DNA of 32,000 nt from Erysipelotrichaceae bacterium. Its GTDB lineage: Bacteria; Bacillota_I; Bacilli_A; Erysipelotrichales; Erysipelotrichaceae. The notes beneath the pieces were generated by a model. That model worked only from the letters and a program-made list of their open reading frames with translations, was not told the DNA's origin and did not search any database. The stretch covers positions 36,868-68,867 of the forward strand of contig JAUVVC010000009.1 in NCBI GenBank assembly GCA_030604855.1, written 5' to 3'. This document shows, in pieces, positions 19,501 to 28,213 of the stretch (its first letter is position 1; each line of letters opens with the position of its first letter). The position numbers and the translations under genes are program-made.

Positions 19501-20859
19501 GGTACGATTTCGACGGTTGCCCAACGGACAGCTTTTGGTTATGTGAAGGGATATTTGGAAGAAATGGGCTTGGAAGGAAGTTTGCGTCAAGCCATGATGA
19601 ACTACATGGCATCGGGTTGTGAAGGGGTTAAACGAACCTCGGGTCAACATCCAGGAGGTATTATCGTCATCCCTCAGGAGAATGATGTGCATGATTTCAC
19701 ACCGGTACAATATCCTGCGAACAAGGCTCAATCGGAATGGCTTACGACACATTTTGAATTTGCGGACATCCATGACAACGTCTTGAAACTGGATATCTTG
19801 GGACATGTGGATCCGACAGCCATGAAGATGTTGCAGCGCTTGACCAAAGTCGATGTTCGCACGATTCGTATGAATGACAAAGATGCGATTTCTGTCTTCA
19901 GCTCCATTGAAGCACTTAAGATCATTAATCCACACTATAATGAGAAAACAGGGGCAGTTGGACTTCCCGAATTTGGGACAGGCTTCGTGCGCCAGATTCT
20001 TGAAATGACACATCCTCAGAACTTCTCTGGCTTGGTTCGTGTGTCAGGTTTATCCCATGGGACCGATGTCTGGCTGAACAATGCTAAGAATCTGATCGAT
20101 GAAGGCTATCCTTTCAGTGATGTCATCGGTTGTCGTGATGACATCATGGTGTACTTGATTCACAAAGGCTTACCGGCCAAATCCGCATTTGACATCATGG
20201 AATCGGTTCGAAAGGGCCGTGGTTTAAGAGATGAATGGAAGGCACTCATGGCTCAACATGCGGTTCCGGAGTGGTACATTCAATCCTGCTTGAAGATCAA
20301 ATACATGTTTCCTAAAGCCCATGCCGTTGCCTATGTTTTGATGGCCGTTCGGGTGGCTTGGTTCAAAGTCAACTATCCCTTGGCTTATTATGCCAGTTAT
20401 TTCAGCTTGAGAGCCACTTCACATGAATATGAGACCTACATCTTAGGTGAGGGAAAGATTCTTGAACGATTGAAAGATATCCAACGTCGATTGAATGACA
20501 ATCGACTTAAGAATACGGTCTCGCATAAAGAAGCTGAATTGTTTGGAAGCTTGGAAGTTGCCTACGAGATGATGTCACGGGGTTATCACTTCAGTCCGCT
20601 TCAGCTGAATGCGTCACTTGCCAATGAGTTCACTTTTGATCCAAAGAATCCAAAAGCATTGATTCCACCCTTTACGATAGTGGATGGATTGGGTGAGAAC
20701 GTTGCGAAATCTATCGTCGAAGCACGAGAGATACGACCCTTTATTTCAAAGGAAGATGTGATGGCCCGTACGCAAGTGAACAATACCACAATCAAAAAGT
20801 TTGAACTGTATGGTTTGTTGGATCATTTGGATGAACAGAATCAAATGAGCTTATTTTAA
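16540..20859 (+). CDS. polC: DNA polymerase III alpha subunit, PolC type
   Basis: PHP domain (HLHTNMSEMDG), inserted DEDDh exonuclease (VVLDLETTGL, HNARFDIGFL, HRADYDTE), Zn module (CMKCHH...CPICGS), polymerase core. 1439 aa. Confidence 0.98.
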   Translation: MLDIKPLINKMNLDLLDQVYFNDAFIQRVQFYRDERRVVLELKLKQNLTFDLYQKFVQELEKILGVQTTLLLNVQDNDLTQKDLQRYVNHCIDENHWSLLQNNRLYTFEQDILYFMVESHVDAFLMERQLSELSNALRIYGIDYACKQRVASQSIEIEEVPVIIQEEPEFNRNPAKTKRIKKEDSLLVPLKDCVLGMKGIKIQGKIFNIESQWIKNNTTLRQTVFLHDEEDALSFSQFLDNKEEIDKYGLLKKGDCLEIYGDIIYDNFNKDIQIQVRDIRIIPDWMKRSDEASDKRIELHLHTNMSEMDGVSPIEAYIQQAYDWGHDAIAITDHNSVQAYPKAQKAVEALNKKNPNRNFKMIYGLEMNMVESGYSIVQNPKGQSLHDTTYVVLDLETTGLSSHFDAIIEFAAVKVQAGMIVDRIQMFVNPKRKLSSFNIEKTHIKQSDVDAAHELHDVIDTWLKFIGDGVILAHNARFDIGFLNAALYGLNRPHLTNTVIDTLDLSKALLKDKKYYRLGVIAKHFKIPYDEAGAHRADYDTEVLLQVYQKMLVHDACLGLKTVDQLNELDQSLAFQKNMKNHVNLLARNQAGLKAIFELVTIAHTARLTNSSVNRAENDGMSEPRITRDDILCLRKDVLIGSSCFNGELFELAANRSDEELIKAIQFYDYVEVQPLENYRPLVENGSVPDMDRLKAILIRLIQTSIKLQKPVLASGDAHYLNPMDKKFRDVYIQAKGVGAGRHPLYIYNETRRKTSIAPDQHFRTTDEMLDAFAFLGLDLAYRLVVSNPRFVANQIETVHAIKKDLYTPSIEGADEKLRMLVYANAYGIYGDVLPEIVVDRIEKELNSIITHGFGVIYYIAHLLVKKSIEDGYLVGSRGSVGSSLVATLANITEVNPLAPHYVCMKCHHSEFVLDGSVDSGYDLPDKKCPICGSDLHMDGHDIPFETFLGFEGDKVPDIDLNFSGDYQDKAHAYTKVLFGEDHVYRAGTISTVAQRTAFGYVKGYLEEMGLEGSLRQAMMNYMASGCEGVKRTSGQHPGGIIVIPQENDVHDFTPVQYPANKAQSEWLTTHFEFADIHDNVLKLDILGHVDPTAMKMLQRLTKVDVRTIRMNDKDAISVFSSIEALKIINPHYNEKTGAVGLPEFGTGFVRQILEMTHPQNFSGLVRVSGLSHGTDVWLNNAKNLIDEGYPFSDVIGCRDDIMVYLIHKGLPAKSAFDIMESVRKGRGLRDEWKALMAQHAVPEWYIQSCLKIKYMFPKAHAVAYVLMAVRVAWFKVNYPLAYYASYFSLRATSHEYETYILGEGKILERLKDIQRRLNDNRLKNTVSHKEAELFGSLEVAYEMMSRGYHFSPLQLNASLANEFTFDPKNPKALIPPFTIVDGLGENVAKSIVEAREIRPFISKEDVMARTQVNNTTIKKFELYGLLDHLDEQNQMSLF

Positions 20860-20870
20860 CGGTGTTAAAC

Positions 20871-20899
20871 TTGCATTTTCATGTGATTTTGTGTATTAT
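20871..20899 (+). promoter_or_regulatory. Sigma-A promoter of the rimP-nusA-infB operon
   Basis: -35 TTGCAT (20871-20876), 17-nt spacer, -10 TATTAT (20894-20899). Confidence 0.65.
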
Positions 20900-20918
20900 G
20901 ATTGCGTAGATGAGAAAA

Positions 20919-20951
20919 AAGGAGTGGTTCGCCACTCCTTACTTATTGTTT
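20919..20951 (+). promoter_or_regulatory. Leader hairpin or attenuator in the rimP-nusA 5' UTR
   Basis: Perfect 9-bp stem AAGGAGTGG/CCACTCCTT with a TTCG tetraloop, followed by the interrupted U-tract ACTTATTGTTT. It lies downstream of the predicted promoter and upstream of the rimP SD. Confidence 0.6.
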
Positions 20952-20960
20952 AAGGAGAAT

Positions 20961-21425
20961 ATGGAACTCAAAGAAATTGAAGCATTGATTAAGCCTGCTT
21001 TATTAAAACACCAGGTTGAGTTGGCAGAATTGAAATGGACCCAAGAAGCGTCCATGCGTATTTTGCAATGTGCCGTGATGTTTGAGGATGGGACGATGGA
21101 TCTGGACACCTGTAGCTTGATCGCAACCGATATCTCACCCTTGTTGGATGAAAGTCCTTTAAAGGATATGAATTATTATCTTGAAGTCTGTTCGCCAGGA
21201 GCGGAACGTGAGCTGAAAGATGATCTTGATATCAAACGATCGATTATGAAGGAAGTCAAAATACTGTTTCATCACCCGCTTGAGAAAGCCTTGGAATGGA
21301 ATGGAACTTTGATGGACTATGATGGTGTTACAGGCTTGCTTCAGGTTCAAATAAAAGCTCGTAAAAAATTATTGAAGTTTGAGAAAGAAAATATTGCTAA
21401 AATCCATTTGGCAGTGAAAATCTAA
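20961..21425 (+). CDS. rimP: Ribosome maturation factor RimP
   Basis: Position upstream of nusA, 154 aa, LEVCSPGAEREL motif, SD AAGGAGA before the ATG at 20961. Confidence 0.9.
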   Translation: MELKEIEALIKPALLKHQVELAELKWTQEASMRILQCAVMFEDGTMDLDTCSLIATDISPLLDESPLKDMNYYLEVCSPGAERELKDDLDIKRSIMKEVKILFHHPLEKALEWNGTLMDYDGVTGLLQVQIKARKKLLKFEKENIAKIHLAVKI

Positions 21426-21435
21426 GGAGAGGCGC

Positions 21436-23067
21436 ATGAATTTTAAAGATTTCTTAGCTGCAATGCAAGCGTTGGAAGGGAATCGTAACATTACGAAAGA
21501 AATTGTTTTGGAAGCGTTGAATGAAGCGTTGGCCAAAGCTTATCGTAAGCACATCGAGATTCCAGATGCATTGGTAAAAGTTGATATCGATCATCACACG
21601 GGTGAAGTCAATCTTTATCAACAGTACACGATCGTCGAAGAAGTGGAAGATGATGAACTCGAAATCGGCTTGAAAGAAGCTCAGGCGATTCATCCTGAGT
21701 ACCAATTGGGTGAATTGCATAATGTCAAAGTGAACATCGATGAATTGGGTAGAGCAGCTGCTCTTTTGGCGAAGAACGTCATGAAGCAGAAAATCCGTGA
21801 AGCTGAAAAGAAAGCAGTTTACGATGAATACATTGATAAATTGGATGAAATGGTCATTGGTATCGTCGAGTCGGTTGAGGAGAAGTTTGTCGTCGTGAAT
21901 TTGGGTAAAACCCTAGCTATGATGCCAAAAGCGGCTCAGATTCCTGGTGAAACGTATAAAGAAGGCCAGAAAATTCGTTTAGTCATCACGGAAGTCACTA
22001 AAGATACCAAGGGAGCTCAGGTTTTGGTTTCACGTGCAGATACGAAGCTTGTCAAACGCTTGTTTGAAAAAGAAGTTCCTGAAATCTTCCAAGGTATTGT
22101 GGAGATCAAAGCAATCGCTCGTGAAGCGGGTGAACGCACCAAGATGGCGGTCTTCTCAAAACGGGATGACGTCGATCCGATCGGCGCATGCATTGGTCCA
22201 CGTGGTTCACGTGTCCAAGTGGTCATTGAAGAATTAAAGGGAGAAAAGATCGATATCTTTGAATGGCGTGAGAACATCATCGAATTGATTAAGAACGCTT
22301 TGAGCCCAGCTCAAATTCTTGCCGTCATTCAAAGTGAAGAAAAACGCGGGATTGTCGTTGTCGTCGAAGATGATCAACTTTCCTTAGCGATTGGTAAAAA
22401 AGGTAAGAATGCACGTCTAGCGGTTCGTTTGACAGGGATGAAGATCGACATCAAATCACGCTCGGACATCGAAGCTGAAGGTCGTGATTGGAATCGTGAA
22501 GCTCAGGCTTTCTCACTAGAGCAAGAAGCGAAGATCGTTGAACGCAAAGCAAGAAAATTGGCTGAAGAGCGTGTTAAACAAGCTGAACTTGAAGCGGCTA
22601 AACAACAGGTCTATTCTGAGATCGTTGAAGATTTGACTTTGAAAGATGAAGAAAGTGCTGATTTCTACGAGGAGAAGGAATACGTTCCAACTGAGACCTT
22701 AGTTGTGGAAACACCGATCGTCAAAGAAGTCAAAGTCGAAGAAGTTAAAGAAGAACCAAAACCTAAGCGTGAACGTAAACCACTTGAAGTGCGTCATGAT
22801 TATGTTTCGAAATTTGAGGCGATTGCCGATAACAAGCCTGTTCCTGAGAAGAAGGAGCTTGTGAAACGTAAGACGAAGAAACAAGAAGAAGAAGAAAGAC
22901 GTCTTCGTGGTTCTGAGTTGAAGAAGGATAAGGATTACGAAATCAAGATTGAATATACCGAAGAGGAATTGGCAGAGATTGCACGTAGTGAGGCTGCTGA
23001 AAAATCGCAATGGGAAGACGAAATTGATTTCGATGAATTTGAAGATTATTATGAGGATGAAGAATAA
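21436..23067 (+). CDS. nusA: Transcription termination/antitermination factor NusA with a long C-terminal K/E-rich extension
   Basis: NTD, S1 (GIVESVEEKFVVVNLG) and KH1/KH2 (GACIGPRGSRV, LAIGKKGKNARLA) run to about aa 340. A charged low-complexity tail of about 200 aa follows. Confidence 0.96.
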   Translation: MNFKDFLAAMQALEGNRNITKEIVLEALNEALAKAYRKHIEIPDALVKVDIDHHTGEVNLYQQYTIVEEVEDDELEIGLKEAQAIHPEYQLGELHNVKVNIDELGRAAALLAKNVMKQKIREAEKKAVYDEYIDKLDEMVIGIVESVEEKFVVVNLGKTLAMMPKAAQIPGETYKEGQKIRLVITEVTKDTKGAQVLVSRADTKLVKRLFEKEVPEIFQGIVEIKAIAREAGERTKMAVFSKRDDVDPIGACIGPRGSRVQVVIEELKGEKIDIFEWRENIIELIKNALSPAQILAVIQSEEKRGIVVVVEDDQLSLAIGKKGKNARLAVRLTGMKIDIKSRSDIEAEGRDWNREAQAFSLEQEAKIVERKARKLAEERVKQAELEAAKQQVYSEIVEDLTLKDEESADFYEEKEYVPTETLVVETPIVKEVKVEEVKEEPKPKRERKPLEVRHDYVSKFEAIADNKPVPEKKELVKRKTKKQEEEERRLRGSELKKDKDYEIKIEYTEEELAEIARSEAAEKSQWEDEIDFDEFEDYYEDEE

Positions 23068-23075
23068 AGGAGGTT

Positions 23076-23342
23076 TTGATGAAGAAAATTCCTTTAAGAC
23101 GTTGCGTTGCGACGATAACGCAGGCTCCAAAAAAAGAGTTGTTGCGCATCGTCAAAACGCCTGAAGGTGAAGTTAAGATCGATCTTTCAGGAAAAGCGAA
23201 TGGCCGTGGTGCTTATCTATTGAAGTCCTATGAGGCTTTAGAGGTCGCACGTAAGAAGGGTTCATTGGCTCGTGCATTAGAATGTGAGATTCCCGGACGT
23301 TTGTTTGATGAAATCAAGGATTACTTAGATGGCATTCAATGA
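23076..23342 (+). CDS. ylxR: YlxR/RnpM family RNA-binding protein (DUF448)
   Basis: PLRRCVATITQAPKKELLRIV...GRGAYL. Conserved position after nusA. Confidence 0.9.
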   Translation: MMKKIPLRRCVATITQAPKKELLRIVKTPEGEVKIDLSGKANGRGAYLLKSYEALEVARKKGSLARALECEIPGRLFDEIKDYLDGIQ

Positions 23343-23622
23343 TTATGCGTTTCTCGGCATCATCAAACGCGCCAATGCGTTGGTGAGTGGCGATCGCATG
23401 CTTGAAGGAATACGCAACAAGAAAGTTTATTTGGTCTTGTTGAGTCGGGATGCCTCTATCCGTAGTCAAAAAGTGATACGTGATAAATGTTCGTTTTATG
23501 GAATTCCTTTGCTTGATGACCTGGATGGGCAGATGCTCATGGCAAACATCAATCAAACGGCCATCGCAATTGGCATCACCAATGTGGATATGGCAAATAA
23601 AGTATTAAAAGAAAGTAGGTGA
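23329..23622 (+). CDS. ylxQ: L7Ae/L30e-family RNA-binding protein YlxQ
   Basis: [35 protein letters not shown]. Conserved position before infB. Overlaps the ylxR end. Confidence 0.85.
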   Translation: MAFNDYAFLGIIKRANALVSGDRMLEGIRNKKVYLVLLSRDASIRSQKVIRDKCSFYGIPLLDDLDGQMLMANINQTAIAIGITNVDMANKVLKESR

Positions 23623-23627
23623 TTTTT

Positions 23628-25457
23628 ATGGGGAGACCCGTAAGAAGAAACAACAAGAAGCCGCGTAAAGGAAATACGCAAAGAGAGTTCAAGCCTCGTG
23701 CTGAGCTCGTCACAAAGATTGCATATGAAGAAGGGATAACGGTCAGTGAACTTGCTGAGAAGTTGAACAAGAACTCCAGTGACCTTATCAAGTTGTTGTT
23801 CATGTTGGGTAAGATGGTTACCATCAACTCCAATTTGGATGATGAGACGGTTCAACTGATTTGTATGGAATACAATGTGGAAGTGACAAAAGAAGAAGTC
23901 GTTGAGGAAGATAGTCTTGAAGACATTGAACTTGATGATCCTAAAGAGCTTATGGAGCGTTCTCCAATCATCACCATCATGGGGCATGTCGACCATGGTA
24001 AGACCAGTTTATTGGATGCGATCCGGAAAACTAAGGTCGTTGATGGGGAACATGGAGGCATCACACAGCACATCGGTGCCTACCAAGTCACCGTCAATGG
24101 TAAGAAGTTGACCTTCTTGGATACACCCGGTCATGAAGCATTCACATCCATGCGTGCGCGTGGAGCTAAAGTTACGGATATTGTCATCATTGTGGTGGCT
24201 GCAGATGATGGTGTCATGCCTCAGACGCGTGAAGCCATCGATCATGCGAAAGCTGCTGGGGTACCGATTATTGTTGCCATCAACAAGATTGATAAACCCG
24301 GTGCTAATTTTGAGAAGATTTACAATGCATTGGCCGACTTGGAGTTGACCCCTGAAGAGTGGGGTGGGGAAGTCATGTTCTGTAAGCTCTCTGCTAAAAC
24401 AGGAGAAGGGATCCAAAACTTACTGGAATCCATCTTGGTTGTATCTGAAGTTCAAGATTTAAAAGCCAACCCAAATCGTATGGCAGCCGGTTCTGTCATC
24501 GAAGCTCGTTTGGACAAAGGCAGAGGTCCAGTCGCAACCCTTTTGGTTCAAAATGGAACCTTGCATACAGGGGATATCTTGGTTGTTGGGGCATGTTTTG
24601 GTAAAGTTCGTAAAATGACGGATGATCGTGGTCGCGAGATCAAGGATGCCAAACCTTCAATGCCGGTTGAAATCATCGGTTTAAATGATGTACCGGTCGC
24701 AGGGGATATTTTCAAAGTCTTCGACAATGAAAAGAAGGCTCGTGCGCTTGCTGATCGTCGTTCCCAAGTTAAGATTGATGCTGAACGTAAAGGAAGCTCT
24801 TCTGTTAGTTTGGAAGAACTCTCAAAAGCCATTGAAGATGGCAATCTACAAGAGATCAACATCATCGTCAAAGCGGATGTCCAAGGTTCGGCCGAAGCCA
24901 TCAAACAAGCTTTGGAGCGTATTGAAGTCGATACGGTCCGTATCAATGTCATTCGTTCCACTGTAGGCGCGATTTCTGAATCCGATATCATGTTGGCTTC
25001 GGCAAGTAATGCGATCGTCATGGGCTTCAATGTGCGTCCAGATGCGGTTGTTCGTCGTAAAGCTGAAGAAGAAGGCATCGACATCCGTTTGTATAATGTC
25101 ATCTATGATGCCGTTAATGAAATGGAAAGTGCGATGAAAGGTTTATTGGCTCCCGTCTACAAAGAAGTGGTCTTGGGTCAAGCATCCGTTCGTCAACTCT
25201 TCAGAGTCACGAAGGTTGGAACCATTGCAGGTTGTATGGTAACGGATGGTAAGCTTGTCCGTGATGCGAAGGTTCGCATCATTCGTGATGGCACCGTTGT
25301 TTACACCAGCAAGTTGGGTACCTTGAAACGATTCCAAAATGACGCCAAAGAAGTTGCGGCGGGATACGATTGTGGTTTAACGATTGATGGATTCAATGAT
25401 ATAAAAGAAAACGATGTCATTGAAGCGTTTGAGGATCGTGAAGTTCCTCAAGTCTAG
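23628..25457 (+). CDS. infB: Translation initiation factor IF-2
   Basis: G domain [32 protein letters not shown] lies 5 nt before the ATG at 23628 (the listed ORF begins at a GTG at 23619). Confidence 0.97.
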   Translation: MGRPVRRNNKKPRKGNTQREFKPRAELVTKIAYEEGITVSELAEKLNKNSSDLIKLLFMLGKMVTINSNLDDETVQLICMEYNVEVTKEEVVEEDSLEDIELDDPKELMERSPIITIMGHVDHGKTSLLDAIRKTKVVDGEHGGITQHIGAYQVTVNGKKLTFLDTPGHEAFTSMRARGAKVTDIVIIVVAADDGVMPQTREAIDHAKAAGVPIIVAINKIDKPGANFEKIYNALADLELTPEEWGGEVMFCKLSAKTGEGIQNLLESILVVSEVQDLKANPNRMAAGSVIEARLDKGRGPVATLLVQNGTLHTGDILVVGACFGKVRKMTDDRGREIKDAKPSMPVEIIGLNDVPVAGDIFKVFDNEKKARALADRRSQVKIDAERKGSSSVSLEELSKAIEDGNLQEINIIVKADVQGSAEAIKQALERIEVDTVRINVIRSTVGAISESDIMLASASNAIVMGFNVRPDAVVRRKAEEEGIDIRLYNVIYDAVNEMESAMKGLLAPVYKEVVLGQASVRQLFRVTKVGTIAGCMVTDGKLVRDAKVRIIRDGTVVYTSKLGTLKRFQNDAKEVAAGYDCGLTIDGFNDIKENDVIEAFEDREVPQV

Positions 25458-25468
25458 GAGGTATCAAT

Positions 25469-25819
25469 ATGGCGATACGCCAACAAAGAATTGCGCAAGT
25501 CATACTTAAAGAAGTTTCGGAGATGATTCAATTTGAAATCAAGGATCCAGATATTGGTTTTGTGACCATTATGGATGTCGAGATGACAAATGATTATTCG
25601 CTTGCCAAGTTGTATGTGACTTTCCTTGATAAAGAAAAAGGAGTAGAACTGCAATTAAAAGCACTTAACGGTTATGCAAAGCAGATCCGTGGAGCGCTGG
25701 GTAAGAAATTGATGATTCGCAAGATTCCTGAAATCAAATTCTTCATTGACTCTAGCTATGAGCAAGGCAAGAAAATTGATGACATCATCGACTTGTTGCA
25801 GAAGCAAAGACAGAATTAG
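25469..25819 (+). CDS. rbfA: Ribosome-binding factor A
   Basis: RIAQVILKEVSEMIQFEIKDP... with SD AGGAGG. Confidence 0.95.
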   Translation: MAIRQQRIAQVILKEVSEMIQFEIKDPDIGFVTIMDVEMTNDYSLAKLYVTFLDKEKGVELQLKALNGYAKQIRGALGKKLMIRKIPEIKFFIDSSYEQGKKIDDIIDLLQKQRQN

Positions 25820-26646
25820 AGGGTTATCCCTCTTTTTTTATTGAATCGAAGTCGATATGAACAATGTTTACATAGTTCTTCTGAGCAGACGTTTTGGTTA
25901 AAAGATCGATTGAGTTGAGTCAAGCGCTCACCTTTAAGCATGGATTCAAAGCTTAGTTGATGTATGTTCCCAAGTTCGAGAATGCCTTCCGCATCTAAGC
26001 AGCAGGGCGTTACGGTTCCGTCCGATAAGATGGCAATGAGTTTGGTTCCGGAATGACAATAACCTGATTCAGATAACTTCAGATTGGATAACGAAGGCCA
26101 AGTGAAACTCTCGTCCAGATCGACAACCAGATTCTTGGCTATTTTGGTGCGTTTCATCGGAAGTTTTTCAATATCAATATTGATAAGCTTAGATAGTTTC
26201 GCTCTTGACACAAGATCATCGAATCGCCATATTCTCAAGAAGAGGGAGAAATGATGATCAGCAGAATCAAAAATCAATTGCTTAAGCACTTTGTGATTGA
26301 TATCTTCTTCATTGATTTCAAGCGCATGTAAAGACACACTTATTTGTGCAAGTGCTGGATGTGCATAGAGTTTCGTATCAACACGACCAAGATAGGTTCC
26401 ATTGGTGACCAGATGAACCTTCAAACCCGCTTGATGTGCGATATTTAGAAATTCCATAAGATCTGGATGCATGAAAGGTTCACCTTGGACATGCAGGTAG
26501 ATGTGTTGGGTGTGTGTTTTGATCTCTTGAATCACATGTTCAAACTCTGCAATCGTCATCATTTTAGGAACACGTTTATTCTTAAGACAGAACGAACAAT
26601 CAAGATTGCATGTATTGGTGATTTCAATGTAGATTCTTTGGAACAT
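25816..26646 (-). CDS. Radical SAM enzyme with a C-terminal SPASM/twitch-type Cys-rich domain (substrate unknown)
   Basis: IEITNTCNLDCSFC (CxxxCxxC), GEPFMHPD, VTNGTYL. C-terminal GYC...GTVTPCCLD...CSEELCKHC. Confidence 0.85.
   Translation of the reverse strand: MFQRIYIEITNTCNLDCSFCLKNKRVPKMMTIAEFEHVIQEIKTHTQHIYLHVQGEPFMHPDLMEFLNIAHQAGLKVHLVTNGTYLGRVDTKLYAHPALAQISVSLHALEINEEDINHKVLKQLIFDSADHHFSLFLRIWRFDDLVSRAKLSKLINIDIEKLPMKRTKIAKNLVVDLDESFTWPSLSNLKLSESGYCHSGTKLIAILSDGTVTPCCLDAEGILELGNIHQLSFESMLKGERLTQLNRSFNQNVCSEELCKHCSYRLRFNKKRGITL
25818..25839 (+). terminator. Rho-independent terminator after rbfA
   Basis: AGAGGG-TTAT-CCCTCT followed by a T-run. It lies inside the last codons of the convergent rSAM ORF. 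Confidence 0.8.
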
Positions 26647-26652
26647 AGCGTT

Positions 26653-26661
26653 ATTTTATCA
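26653..26661 (-). promoter_or_regulatory. Extended -10 promoter placed for a leaderless rSAM transcript (candidate)
   Basis: The minus strand reads TGaTAAAAT, then 6 nt (AACGCT), then ATG at 26646. No SD. It sits 8 nt downstream of the ABC-operon terminator. Confidence 0.4.
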
Positions 26662-26668
26662 TTTGTAT

Positions 26669-26692
26669 AAAAAAAGCGGAACTGAATCCGCT
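26669..26692 (-). terminator. Rho-independent terminator of the ABC transporter operon
   Basis: The minus strand reads AGCGGA-TTCAGT-TCCGCT followed by a T-run. The stem overlaps the ATPase stop codon. Confidence 0.75.
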
Positions 26693-27422
26693 ATTGGTTT
26701 CTGAATCTTTGTAGGAATTCTTTCGTACGAGTCTCTTTAGGATGATTGAAGAGTTCATTTGGCGTTCCTTCTTCAAGAATGATGCCGTTATCCATGAACA
26801 GGACACGATCCGAGACTTCTTTCGCAAAAGCCATTTCATGGGTCACGATCATCATCGTTCGATGCTCTTTAGCCAATGATTTGATGACTTGAAGGACTTC
26901 ACCGACCATTTCGGGATCCAATGCGCTGGTGGGTTCATCAAAGAGTAATACTTTGGGTTCCATGCACAAGGTTCTCGCGATGGCGACTCGTTGTTTCTGT
27001 CCACCAGATAGCGTCATGACAGATGCATTCGCAAAACTAGCCAAGCCGACTTTATCGAGGATCTCCATGGCCAGGTGTTCCGCATCCGTACGTTTCTTTT
27101 TAAGAACTTTGACTTGTCCTATGACACAATTCTCCAAGACGCTGAAATGAGCGAATAGATTAAAGGACTGAAAGATCATACCGACTTGTGCACGGTATTG
27201 ATTGATGCCTTTGATCGAACCTAGGATATCTTTTGATTCGAATTTGATGGTTCCAGCTTGGTAGGATTCCAAGAGATTGATACAGCGTAAGAGGGTGCTC
27301 TTTCCGCTTCCACTGGAGCCAATGATACTGATGACTTCACCCTTATTGACACTTAAACTGACATCTTTAAGGACTTCAAGTTGTCCAAAACGTTTTACGA
27401 GATGTTCGATTTCAATGATCAT
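26691..27422 (-). CDS. Polar amino acid ABC transporter ATP-binding protein (GlnQ/HisP-like)
   Basis: Walker [10 protein letters not shown], signature [15 protein letters not shown], Walker [12 protein letters not shown]. Confidence 0.95.
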   Translation of the reverse strand: MIIEIEHLVKRFGQLEVLKDVSLSVNKGEVISIIGSSGSGKSTLLRCINLLESYQAGTIKFESKDILGSIKGINQYRAQVGMIFQSFNLFAHFSVLENCVIGQVKVLKKKRTDAEHLAMEILDKVGLASFANASVMTLSGGQKQRVAIARTLCMEPKVLLFDEPTSALDPEMVGEVLQVIKSLAKEHRTMMIVTHEMAFAKEVSDRVLFMDNGIILEEGTPNELFNHPKETRTKEFLQRFRNQ

Positions 27423-28213
27423 TGTTTTGGCTCCTTCGCTTTGTAATGGCCCTTGATCAAAGGGGTGGTTTGACTGGAAGGCCCATCAAAACCAGATATC
27501 TGCATCTTTCCTTCAATATACTTCAGGATTAAAGTCGTAGAATAGGTAAGGAAGAGATAGATCAATGCTGAGACAAAGAAGGTGTCGCTGAAGCGATAGA
27601 TGATCCCAGCAACCGTTGTGGACTGGAAGAATAGTTCTGTGACGCCAATGACATTCAAGACGGAAGTGTCTTTGATATTTACGACAAACTCATTTCCGAT
27701 GGCTGGGAAAGCGTTCTTGATGGCTTGAGGCAAAATAACGAAGATCATTGTTTGTGTGTTGTTCATTCCAATGGAACGAGCTGCTTCATTTTGACCTTTA
27801 TCCAAGGATTGTATGCCTGAACGGATGATTTCAGCCATGTAGGCACCGGTGTTGATGGAGACGATCACAATACCCGCCAACAGCTTAGAGTTCTTAAAAA
27901 TGGGTAGAAATGCGTTGTAAATGAAAACCGCTTGAACCATCATCGGTGTACCACGGAATACTTCAACATACACAGAGGTGATGATGCGTACAGTTTTGAC
28001 AATCCAATGTTTCAGCTTTGAATCATAATCATAGACAGGCAAGGCGCGTAAGATGCCGATGCCTAAGCCGATGATCAAACCAATGATCGTACCACTCAGT
28101 GCGATATATAAGGTATTTTTAGCTCCAAAGAAGAAGAGCGAACCGTACTTTGAAAAGATGTAGCCGGCCGCTCCAAAGAGATCTTGTGGAATTTTACTTA
28201 AGAGCGTAATCAT
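27419..28213 (-). CDS. Polar amino acid ABC transporter permease (HisMQ/GlnP family)
   Basis: Multi-TM protein with EAA loop [27 protein letters not shown] overlaps with both neighbouring genes. Confidence 0.93.
   Translation of the reverse strand: MITLLSKIPQDLFGAAGYIFSKYGSLFFFGAKNTLYIALSGTIIGLIIGLGIGILRALPVYDYDSKLKHWIVKTVRIITSVYVEVFRGTPMMVQAVFIYNAFLPIFKNSKLLAGIVIVSINTGAYMAEIIRSGIQSLDKGQNEAARSIGMNNTQTMIFVILPQAIKNAFPAIGNEFVVNIKDTSVLNVIGVTELFFQSTTVAGIIYRFSDTFFVSALIYLFLTYSTTLILKYIEGKMQISGFDGPSSQTTPLIKGHYKAKEPKQ

Noticed and set aside
19420-20013. 197-aa antisense ORF within polC, plus smaller alternative-frame ORFs across polC.
   Set aside because: It lies entirely inside the conserved polymerase core of polC. 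It has no start signals and no recognisable motifs.
20855-20869. TTTAAC-GGT-GTTAAA hairpin after polC as a terminator.
   Set aside because: It is a 6-bp stem of five A-U pairs and one G-C pair with no following U-tract, so it is too weak to call.
20910-20960. Upstream in-frame ATG extending rimP by 17 codons.
   Set aside because: The extension would translate through the 9-bp UUCG hairpin. The SD AAGGAGA is correctly spaced for the ATG at 20961, and RimP length fits that shorter start.
22699-23164. ORFs on both strands across the 3' end of nusA (143 aa and 70 aa on the minus strand, 71 aa on the plus strand).
   Set aside because: They are artefacts of the GAA/AAG-rich low-complexity sequence that encodes the NusA tail, which leaves alternative frames open.
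23553-25102. Long antisense ORFs inside infB (147 aa at 23553-23996, 135 aa at 24009-24416, 184 aa at 24548-25102).
   Set aside because: They have no SD or promoter, and their composition is low-complexity and Ser/Thr/Met-rich, typical of frames shadowing a highly expressed gene. infB itself is unambiguous.
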